Under the pieces are notes generated by a model. The model had not been told where the DNA came from. It worked only from the letters and a program-made list of their open reading frames with translations, and did no database searches. 64,000 bases of DNA from Yuukianura sp. NJ FZ-2021 (taxonomy: Eukaryota), in the NCBI GenBank assembly GCA_046563655.1, contig CM102288.1:620001-684000 (forward strand), given 5' to 3'. The translations under genes and the position numbers were made by a program. Position 1 is the first letter of the stretch, and each line of letters opens with the position of its first letter. Of this stretch, positions 33,407-44,200 are shown piece by piece.

Positions 33407-35221
33407 TTATTCCTCCAAGTGACACTGGTTAGCTTGTTGTTTCTTGAGATTAATGAACGGGGTGAGGTCAGTAATGATTCCACGTTCGTAGCTCTCAACG
33501 ATATGCTTGTCAACGTCGGCCGCAGTTCCTTTGATTTTCCAAGTACATTTGCCAAGGGAAGATGTAAAACAAATCGTTTCAGTTAAAGGTTTCTTCTTCT
33601 TTGAGGTTTCAGCAGCGTCAAGATTCTGGTTCCTCGTGCCAAGGAATGTTGCAATTTGGTAACGTTGATTCAGTTCGGCCTTGGGACATCCATAGAATAT
33701 TCCTTTGGCAGCCAATTCCGATTCCTCAGTGCGAAACTGTTCTTCCACGTCGTCGAGCGAAGCGGCAGCATGTCTATTTTTAAAAAGAGAAACATCATTC
33801 AGGTAAACGCGTTCATTAATTGATAAAGACATCAAGCAGGAATGTTGAATATTTTACTCACTCTTCCTTGCATGTCTGAACGAGCTGAGCGAGATCGTTT
33901 CCTTCTAGATTCTGCTTTTTGTATCGTTTGTATCCGAGAGCTTCGACTAAAGCCTGACAAATATGACAGAAGATAAATCAAAGTTGAGTAGGTATCGGTA
34001 CCAAGTATTGTGGTAATAGTTTTCGCTTCGGCCTTGGCCTTACCTTTAACACAGTGTCATTCGCAGAGATTGAACCGGAAGTAAAGAAATGTGACAAGTT
34101 TTGCGTGAACATTATGGTAAGAGTCTCGGCTGTTTCTTTGATGATTTTTCTTCTGTTCTCCTTATTCTTCCTAGATGACTTAAGATTTTCTGGAACCGGA
34201 GAAACTTGTTTACGAACACCAATGAAAATGTAGTCCTCGACTAGCTTTCGATGCACGTACTTCAAGGAATGAACCATATTAAAACTGACATGGAGTCATT
34301 AGTACAAACGTAAAAGTGATCATTGTTGACCTTACATACAAATCCTGTACATCCGTCCACTTCCCTCCACTCTCGTTCTCGAGAACTTGAAGAGTACTTG
34401 CTATTTTACTTTTCACAGCTGTTCCAAGCGTACGAAGTGAATGTTTATCACCGCTCGCGCTGGAGTCAGTTGAAGCGTTGCCATCCAAAAGCCGATATGT
34501 AGTCCAGTGATGTTTGTTTGGATTCTTCGCAGCGTCTTGTTTACAAAAACAGAACAACATTTTACTCATTGGAAACTTGAGTTGAACAGTTCTTACTCTG
34601 AAATCGTGGTTTGCGTAACTGGGTACTTACAGACGATATTTAGAGAACCAGCCAAAGAGTAAAGCATGGGGCGATTTTCTGAATTCTGGGACTGAAAAAG
34701 ATGACATAAAGATTCCAGCTTTCAATTTACAATTGACAATTACAGTACAGTACAACCAATTAGATGATACCTCAACATATCGCAGCACTCTCTGCACTTT
34801 GTGTTTGAAATCCCATGACTTCAGTTTTTCAAACTCCGGTTTGGGTTTCAGAAAGTTTTCATATCGTTCATCCGTGATATCTAGCAGCATTCTGTAGTTC
34901 GATGGGTAGATTTGAAACAGTCTCTTGATCCCAGTATAAAGCTCACTACGCAAAAGATCTACAGGAACACAGAAGAAAGGCATGATAAAACGGTATGCTA
35001 GGGAAATATTCAATTTAATTAAAACTGTCAAAGTTTAGGTTACCTTTCCTGCTGCGATAGTGCCTATCCAACTCAGTAATTTCATTTTTGGCTTTCTGTA
35101 GCGAGCTGTTCCTGTTCTCAATATCATTGAACACGTTCTTCAAATGTAGTGGCGACATCGATCGTCGCTCGTATACGCTGTCATTGACCAATGCCCGTCC
35201 TATCAAATTTGCCTTTCCCAT
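33407..35221 (-). CDS. Multi-exon gene of unrecognised function (possibly damaged)
   Basis: Chain of minus-strand ORFs of 90-140 aa separated by short GT-AG-bounded gaps; no motif recognised; the exon around 34627 contains a stop in the frames I tried. Confidence 0.5.
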
Positions 35222-36961
35222 CCTTCCGTTGAATTCAGTGCTGCAATTTGAGTAGCAGTTGAGTTGTGTTCTTTCCAGGCGAAATCTGTAAATCAATCAA
35301 ATTGCAATTAATTAAAAGCAGTTCTGTCTTTATCTTTTGCTTTCTTTCTGCCTTACTTCTTATCTTCACAATGGTTTTACAAGAGACAAATACAAATTGA
35401 CGAATGACCTGATACTTTTGACTTGCGGGACGTTGGACTTACCTGGGCTGAGGTTGACAAACTGGCTACCGAATCTCACGATCTTGTCTATGCCACCGTG
35501 TAACTCCAATCAAAATGGCAACCAAACCACCAAAAAACGATAACCTTCGAGTCACAGTACTTTCTAATAAACCAGGGTTCGAAAATTACGGTATTTTTGC
35601 CGAAAACCACGTAACTTACGTAATTATCGTAACTTACGTAATCTACGTAAGATTGTAATTTTCAAAACAAGCCGCCTGCACCCCACTCCCATCCCCAAAC
35701 CATAAACTATTAATATCTACTGTCTAATTGCGTTAAAAATCAAACCAAGGCCTGATAGAAATATAGTGATAGTTTTATGTTCTGTTCATGCAAATGAGCC
35801 TAATCTAAGCCACTCCTCCATCTCTCCAACCTACTGTCCCTCAATCTTTTTTCCCCGCCGAAAGTTTGTTTTGGTTAAGAATTTTGCGCGGCAAATAAAA
35901 TTCAACCGACACTTTTTCTCTGCTTCTTGGCTATCAGTTTGTTCTGCTCTGTTCTAGTAAAATTTCACTAGTTAAACTACTAACTACTTTAACTTACTTG
36001 CTACCAGTGTTGGCGGACGCTTAAACGTCCAGTGGTTTAATTTCCCCTGCCACTGGATATCCAGTGGAAGAACTGTACCCAAAATGGACAAAACTATTAG
36101 TCGACAGAAGAAATCAAAAAGTTAGCGCGAAATTCAAAAAAAAATCACAAAGCTATTCTTTCGTCGTTAAAGTTAATTAATTATTTAAAATTTATTTAAA
36201 AACGATATTTACTTTGTTGTTGTACGGTATTTTCATTTGTTTAAGCTTTTTGTATTCAATTAATTCTAATCCCGAGGGCAAAGCTCCGCCCCTTTGGATT
36301 CATCCATTTTGTACATTTCTTCCACTGGATATCCAGCCGTGGACGAAATGCCGAATAATAGTAGATCCACCAACACTGCTGCTACACCTCCATATTCTGT
36401 ATATTTTTTTTTCATTTCCATGCGCCTCTTGCTCAAATGTAGAGCCTTGTAAAGCCAATTACTAATTAACATACTCACTTTGTTATATTAAGGCAATAAA
36501 TTCACCTTTACACTACCCGTAAAGCTTAATTACTAATTAATATTTCAAAACTAATTTTTTAATGCAACTCTGGTAGGCGCAACACTCCACTAAATCAAAC
36601 TTTCCGACAGAATGAACGAGTATTTGGGTTGGGGTAAGCTATAGTGGCCGTAATTGTATCCGCACGTTGTAAGCATCCGTGATTTTTAGTGGCTACAACG
36701 GGTGGTGGCTACTCGACGCCAGCTTACGTTGCCACTTTATGTTAGGTAAAAGTCGTAAAATTTCAGTTGCCACTCAGGTGTAGCCCTTATTGTATGTAGT
36801 GACTAAAATAGCGGGATGTCTACACTGTGGGGCTACAATGACGGTCGTTAATCCTTACGGCGACCGTATTTCGGAACCGAGAGGGGAAGCTACTTGGAGA
36901 GATGGAGGAGTGGCTTAGAATTGGCTCATTTGCATGAACAGAACATAAAACTATCACTGTA

Positions 36962-38573
36962 CAGGAGAAGCTGTAAAATACAAACTCGCTGTGATTGGTT
37001 GTTTCACGAAATGAAAGGACGCCGATACCGTAAATTTTCAAAAAGCAACAAGGCGAGCACAAATTTATTGATTTGATTTGTAATTTAGACGCTTAACCAG
37101 TTTTCTCGCTTTTTCTGAAACAATTAACAATTGTTTCTTTCTTGACCTCATTCCACGATTGACACAGCATTTCTATCCCATCGGAAAGTTTCACCTCACT
37201 CAAAACTTTACCAGAATCCAAAATTTTAACAATTTGGGAGGAATAATTTTGTTTCAGGGACTGAATAATTCCGGAATCCAGTGGTTGACTCTTTGAGGTC
37301 GTATTGGGTGGCAGAAATAAAAGTTGTAAATTTGGGAAAAATTCCTCCTCAACCTCATGTCCGCTAAAATTGTCCAGTATGAGCAGTATCTTCCTTTTCT
37401 GGTCTGCCATGTTTGAATTTAACTTTGCCAGCCACTCCGAAAACAATTCCCGTGTCATCCAGGCTTTTTTTGACGAACGATACGTAAATTCTGAGGTGAA
37501 TTTAGTGTTTTTGAAACACCTCGGATTTTTTGACTTCCCGATAATTAGCAGTGGCTGTTTCTGGTCGCCAGTTTTGTTACAACAGATTAAGAAAGTCACT
37601 CTTTCCTTTGAAGCTTTCAGGCCAAAGCACTTTTTTCCTATGCAAAAAAAAAAACAAACATTAACTTAATTCCACGAATTAGCTTAAACGTAACTCAGAA
37701 CTTAAAGAATAACAGTTTAAAGTGACCTTCCCACCTTTCACGTCAAACGTCGTGCCGGGTAGTTTTTTGAAAAAAAGCGCTGACTCGTCGGCGTTGAAAA
37801 CATCCGAATCATTGTAGTTTTGAGTTGTGGGTACTAAAACGTTCCGTTTCCAGTTGTCCAGGTTTTCGAGGTCAACGCTCAGTTCCTCACCGCAAATTCG
37901 CTTATGGGATAGGTTGTTCCTTTTCTGAAAACTATCGAACCAACCGTCAGAAAATTTCTTGTTCCCATTTGGATCCAGCATTCTAGCCTTTTCTTTAATC
38001 AGTGGACAGGAAAGCGGAATTCCTTTTGCTCGTTGTTCGGTAATCCAGGTCATAAGTAATTCATCCAGTGCTTTTACCTTCGCATGAACAACAGCCTTCC
38101 TCTTCTAATAAAAAACAAGAGGAACATTGCTCAAAAATCAAAAAAAAAATCGGCAATACTAATTATCGTAGATTATGTAAAACTACGTATATTTAAAAAA
38201 TTTACTAACTTTTGGATTCCCCTTGAAGTTTTCCAGTTCATCTTTCTTCTTAATCAGTAGGCTCAATGTCGACTTAGCGATAGAATATTTGGTACAGATG
38301 TCTTTTCGCGGGATATTGCCAACTTCTGCCAGTATTTTTCTCTTTGTAAACACAGTGGGACTTTTAACTTTCGGCATTTTTAATTAAGTAAATGTATTTA
38401 AACAAAATACCAGACAACTAAAACTTAAAGGGTAAGGTCAGAACGAGAACATACGTTCGTTCTGGAAAGAGAAAAAAACCAACGGAAACTGTTCCCTCCA
38501 AAATTTTGAATTTTACGGTATCCCGCCACGGAGGGAAAGTAGAAAAAAAGTTTGTATCTTACAGCTTCTCCTG
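36962..38573 (-). mobile_element. Full-length Tigger/pogo transposon (1612 bp)
   Basis: TIR CAGGAGAAGCTGTAARATACAAACT with TA TSD on both sides. Confidence 0.95.
37093..38377 (-). CDS. Tigger-type transposase, 3 exons (38210-38377, ~37735-38104, 37093-37637), open frame
   Basis: N-terminal HTH (YSIAKSTLS), CENP-B HTH (WITEQRAKGIPLS..FSDGWFDSFQKR) and catalytic DDD triad: NADES, LILDNFSGH, LPPNTTSKSQPLD (31 residues between D2 and D3). Confidence 0.92.
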
Positions 38574-38886
38574 TACTGCGGTAGACAATATTTACTACTA
38601 TTTTATTTTTAAGACTTATTTTTAAGACTTAGCGAGCCGCTCGCTCTCAACAATTAGACTCTGAAAATATTAAAGTGAACATGACGTAATTGGCCCAATT
38701 GATTCGGAGTCTTTGTCAACGTTTTGATGTTTCTGTAAGTGTGATTTCATCCTGTCCGGGATTCCTGCATGTCTCCAATCACACAACTTCGAATTTGCCC
38801 AGTTCAAGGTCAAAATCGTTCCAAATCGGATCTCTGACTCGTGGCATTTCAATAACAGCCAGTTAAAACAACAGAAAGAAAAGCTA

Positions 38887-39837
38887 CGAAGAATATCCTG
38901 GTATTTCTCGAGCAGACTGCTCGAAGAATATCCTGGTATTTCTCGAGCAGACTGCTCGAGAATTATCCTGGTATTTCTCGAGCAGACTGCTCGAAGAATA
39001 TCCTGGTATTTCTCGAGCAGACTGCTCGAGAATTCTCCTGGTATTTCTCGAGCAGACTGCTCGAAGAATATCCTGGTATTTCTCGAGCAGACTGCTCGAA
39101 GAATATCCTGGTATTTCTCGAGCAGACTGCTCGAAGAATATCCTGGTATTTCTCGAGCAGACTGCTCGAGAATTATACTGGTATTTCTTGAGCAGACTGC
39201 TCGAGAATTATCCTGGTATTTTTCGAGCAGACTGCTCGAGAATTATCCTGGTATTTCTCGAGCAGACTGCTCGAGAATTATCCTGGTATTTCTCGAGCAG
39301 ACTGCTCGAGAATTATCCTGGTATTTCTCGAGCAGACTGCTCGAGAATTATCCTGGTATTTCTCGAGCAGACTGCTCGAGAATTATCCTGGTATTTCTCG
39401 AGCAGACTGCTCGAGAATTATCCTGGTATTTCTCGAGCAGACTGCTCGAAGAATATCCTGGTATTTCTCGAGCAGACTGCTCGAGAATTATCCTGGTATT
39501 TATCGAGCAGACTGCTCGAAGAATATCCTGGTATTTCTCGAGCAGACTGCTCGAGAATTATCCTGGTATTTATCGAGCAGACTGCTCGAAGAATATCCTG
39601 GTATTTCTCGAGCAGACTGCTCGAGAATTATCCGGGTATTTCTCGAGCAGACTGCTCGAGAATTATCCTGGTATTTCTCGAGCAGACTGCTCGAAGAATA
39701 TCCTGGTATTTCTCGAGCAGACTGCTCGAGAATTATCCTGGTATTTCTCGAGCAGACTGCTCGAGAATTATCCTGGTATTTCTCGAGCAGACTGCTCGAA
39801 GAATATCCTGGTATTTCTCGAGCAGTCTGCTCGAGAA
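38887..39837. repeat. 35-bp minisatellite, ~27 copies, with internal palindrome
   Basis: Unit ATCCTGGTATTTCTCGAGCAGACTGCTCGA plus AGAAT or GAATT; head-to-tail with no unique spacers. Confidence 0.97.
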
Positions 39838-40265
39838 AAAACCGAAAAAATAATCATCTAAATCACTGCTCTTTTGTTATTTTGGACTTCTCCCGCTCCC
39901 CTGACTCCTACGCTGTCTCCCTCCCGCGTAAAATTCAAAAGAATGAAAATTTCGAAAATTACAACCCCTCTGAAAATTACGTAACTTACGTACGTAAGTT
40001 ACGTAAGTTACAGGACGTAAGTTACAGCCTTCGAACCCTGTAATAAACCGAAACCGGCTTTTCAAAACTAAACTGCTGTCGGTTACTGTCGCGGTGGAAA
40101 ACTTCCTCCACTTATGTAATTCCAAAATCTTTACAACAATAATAAGACTGCTCAAAACTCTTGAAACATTAGTCATACTTAAACTCCCAAATTAAATCTT
40201 TGTTCTATTTATTTTACCAATTGGATTTGCAAATTGGAAATGCAATTTCAAGTAAGCTATGACGT

Positions 40266-40625
40266 TTATAATGGGAATCTCGGGCCAAGCCCCAGAACCT
40301 CTTCTAATTTCGTGATAGAATCTTCCATCTTTTCAACTTGGTTCTGAATAGACTTCTTCCTGTGCGGGTCTCGTTCGTTTCTATTCTTCATGTTTAACCG
40401 CCCCGTCGCTTCCCAAGCATTTGCAATGATGGCCTTCAGATAAGAAGTCTCTTCCGTATTTTGCCCAAACCGAAGCTGCACAATAAAAAAAAAAACAACG
40501 ACATTAACTCTCTTAACACGCCCGCGCCCTTCAAATTTAGAATGTTTGTAAATTCGTTTGTAATTGATTGCTACAAACATTCGGGCTATTTCATGGTCAG
40601 ACTCCTGGACCTTCGCTTTCCGCAT
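40266..40625 (-). CDS. Possible small spliced gene of unknown function
   Basis: 119-aa ORF containing an intron-like T-tract/TGCAG near 40480 and a short amphipathic C-terminus; no recognised motif. Confidence 0.3.
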   Translation of the reverse strand: MRKAKVQESDHEIARMFVAINYKRIYKHSKFEGRGRVKRVNVVVFFFIVQLRFGQNTEETSYLKAIIANAWEATGRLNMKNRNERDPHRKKSIQNQVEKMEDSITKLEEVLGLGPRFPL

Positions 40626-41240
40626 GAATTTTCATACCAAAGAGCCAATAGACATCGCTTGCATGTAATTCTTCAGAACATTGCATTTCATATATGTAAC
40701 ATAGACTACTGCAGTACTATCTCGAAAACCTGTACAATCTACCTTACCTTAATCAATTTCATTCCAGACATCAAGGAGAGTCGTAAAGTAACTGTAGTTT
40801 ACTAAATTGAAAATGTAAATTGTAAAGTTCTAGTACAGTTTCACTTTCAGATGTATTCTAGATGACGAAGGGTGAGGGATGAACGAACATTTCTGCTGTT
40901 CAATCTGTTCAATTCATCCCCTTCCACCCTCAACAGAGTCCAAACACTACAGATTTCGAAGGAACAGGAATTATTGCAGTCCTTATACAAGTTTTATACT
41001 GTAAATAAGTCTAAGTACCTCACATTATTTTTATAATAATAATACATAATATTAGTTCATTTATAAATTCTGAATAATCTCAAGGTACGTTTCTCCATTC
41101 ATAAACTATTATAAACTCTGGCTGCATCCAAAATAATTCATCTTCCTAATTAAATTAGAAACTTTAACTATAATTACACACATTCCGTTAGATTATTCTC
41201 CTCCTTGAGACCATGTTGGAATAACGCTCAACTCTAACAT

Positions 41241-44200
41241 CTAACTAGCGAGGAGTTGTTGACGGAGGACCTTGATTTTTTGTGCAAAAAATCCTTCCAG
41301 AATGTTAGCTGACTTGAAGAACTGAGACTCGGGTTGATTAAAGTAACGACAGTTTTCAAAGATCAAGGACATGTCGCGTATGAACTCTGGCAGGCGAGTG
41401 TACCGACGTTGTTCCACCCGTCGCTCAACTTCACACAAATCTAAACACAAAACGACATTTCCTCACTCCATCAACATTTGCATGTGTAAAATGTAAAATT
41501 CAAATGTAATTTCCTACCCATTGGATCTTTGATGACACGAAAGTAGTTGGGTGCTACACTTGCATCCACCGGTTTCCTGAACGGAGTTGCAGACTTGTGT
41601 GACTTGATTTGCTTCACAAGTTTTTCCAAATGATCAAAATCGTCTGGTCTGAGAGACTGGGCGTTGAGACGATTCAAGGCCGTCATTGGATCACAAGTTT
41701 TACACACAAATTGATCCATTTTGTCACCTTCAATAGGCAGAATTCCTACACATCGTCCATGGAGCCAGTCATCGCACTTGTCACAAGCAATGTAAAACCT
41801 GAACATTTTCAAACAACTTTTTAAAAACCCAATCCCATCTCACTGTTTCAGTTTTAAAAAGTTGAATCTTACTGTGATTCGTCGTAGGGTTGTTTACAAA
41901 TACAGTAAAGTTGAACAGGAACTGGATTCTGACATTCCAGGCAGATATACTCCGGAAGGATGCGTGACATTTCTTCCGTGATCCCCACGCATTCTCCATG
42001 GTACCACTTATCACATTTGTCACAGCCAACGTAAAACTTGTTCCGATCATAAGGTTTCTGGCAAGTACAAAACAATTCTGCTTCTTTCTTTCTGGATTTC
42101 GCCTTTCTAGCTTTCCCCGCTTTTCCGGATACTGGCAAAGATGCTCTTCCTTTGGACGTTTTCATCACTGGTCTTTTCTCACTCGAATTCGGCTTCTAAA
42201 AATTCACAACAAAAATTAAAAAATCACACTTCTGAACACAACTTTTTCAGTTCTTAAAAATAATTTACCGGTGCTTTTTTATCTGCCTCTGGACTCTCCT
42301 CTGACAAATCTTCCTGGCTCTTCAATTCTTCCATGATTTCAGCCTACATTCAAAAAGTTTTTAAAAAATCCACAACAACTTGAACTTTTAGTTCACAAAG
42401 ACAAGTCTTACTCGAATTTCAATCAGAAGTTCCTTGTCCAGCAAATCTCTCTTCTTGGCCAAATCCTTCTTGAGCAATTCCTTGTGTTTGTAGAGACTCT
42501 GTAGAGATTTTTGAAACGCCGCCGTTGCCGATTTCCCTGCCTGTCCAGCTCCATCGCTCTTCCTTCTCGTAGTTTTGGGTGCAGGAGTTGAAATTGCTGG
42601 AACTGGAAGTGGTGCTGACGCTTGCTGAGTTTCAATCGGTGGATTTCCAGCGATGATATCCGGACTCAGCCTCAAACTGTTGTGAGTTGACGTGGGAGGG
42701 GCCGTTGGACTTGAGGATTCGGAGGCTGAAGATGGTGATGCCATGATATTCAAAGGAGGACCAGCAGACTCATCTCCTGGAGCCACAGAAGTAAGCACTT
42801 CTTCGCCAGCCATCTCCGGAACTCCTATTGGCTCTGGTTCCGCTATTCAAAATCACAAAAAATCATACTTGTAAAACAATCACAAAATGAATTCTAACAA
42901 TTCTTAATCAACTTTCAAAATTTAGTATACTTTTTTCCAGTACAAGCGAAACAGAATGCACCAGCACCAATTAGTATAAAATACATCATAACACGAGTAG
43001 CCAAATAACAAAACATAGCCAAAAGTCCAACTTTCTACATAAAAAGCACATCCAAATCCAAAGCATTTATTAATATTTATAAGACTATTATATATTTTTC
43101 ATTTTGAAATTGACTTAAAGTATAAAAAGTTTTTGAGACTATCAACTATTATAGTCTTTCCTTAATTCATTAAATTTTAACAACAAATATTGTCTCATGA
43201 CCTTAAATATAAAATTTCAACTTTAACTATAAAAACCACTCCCAGAATTTCTAGGAACTTCAAAATCTAAAAAATCAGACTCAAATTCGAGGAACATCTC
43301 TCTGTTTTTAACTTTCTAAAAAAGGCCTTCTTAAATATTTGTAAAAAGTGTTGTTTTTGTTCAAAATTTCGTTAAATAGTGTTGAGAAGGATGTCCGTTA
43401 CTCTGTTTCTCTGTCTCTCCGTTTAAACCCTCTGCACGCCCTCCCTTTCGGTTCAGAATCATCATGCGGCCGGATTGAGCTAGAAAGAGATCAATCCGTT
43501 TGTTAACTAACTCATTAAATCCACAAATTCAAAATTCTATCTAACAAATTTACTGTTTTTGATTGAATTTTAAATTTTTTGAAAAAGTTCTGAACCGAGA
43601 TTTCTCTAAACTGTAAGCGTCTTTTAGCCTCAGCGATAAGCGAAAGCAAAACGACACATATTCGCATATTTCTAAGAAGCAGCCTACTACTTGACCCCTA
43701 GCGTCACTTCCCCTAAACTATTTCTATATTTTAAATAAATATAAATATATTATAAATATATTTTAATTAAAAAACTTACATTCAACCAAATCCTGAGTCA
43801 GGACGAACCGGGCCTCGGCTTCGGATTCTTCATACTCATGGGGTGGTGTTGCCAAGATCTTTTCTGGCGCAGACGCTGAAACTGCTGGCAATTGTGAAAA
43901 TGACGTCACTGGAATGTCGTTCACTTTTCGTTTCTTTGGTGACGGACTTCTCGTTCGCAGTTCACCGCTCACAGTTCTTGGTCTCTTAGCAACAGCATTG
44001 TTTCCAGTTGACGAAATAGTCACTTCCTCAGCCACTCCCATCGTCTCAACTGTTCCAAAATCCTCCATCATAGTACTTCCAATCACCCCTCCGTCCACAG
44101 TATTCTGCTGGATACTTCCAATTTCTGCAGTATTTTGCTGGATACTTCCAATTTCTGCAGTATTTTGCTGGATACTTCCAATTTCTGCAGTATTGTGCTG

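Larger units (their letters stand above)
35573..40040. mobile_element. hAT-bounded composite non-autonomous element (4468 bp) carrying nested Tigger and minisatellite
   Basis: TIR CAGGGTTCGAA at both ends; perfect 8-bp TSD TAATAAAC (35565-35572 and 40041-40048); subterminal ACGTAA/TTACGT arrays at both ends. Confidence 0.92.

Noticed and set aside
36005..36586. Possible further nested element with CAGTGTTG..CAACACT ends
   Set aside because: The terminal match is only ~7 bp and no target-site duplication was found.
38887..39837. CRISPR-like array (35-bp palindromic repeats)
   Set aside because: Units are head-to-tail with no unique spacers, no cas genes are present, and the context is eukaryotic.
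39188..39853. 221-aa repetitive ORF
   Set aside because: A by-product of a stop-free 35-bp unit cycling through three frames; it starts at a TTG created by a single variant.
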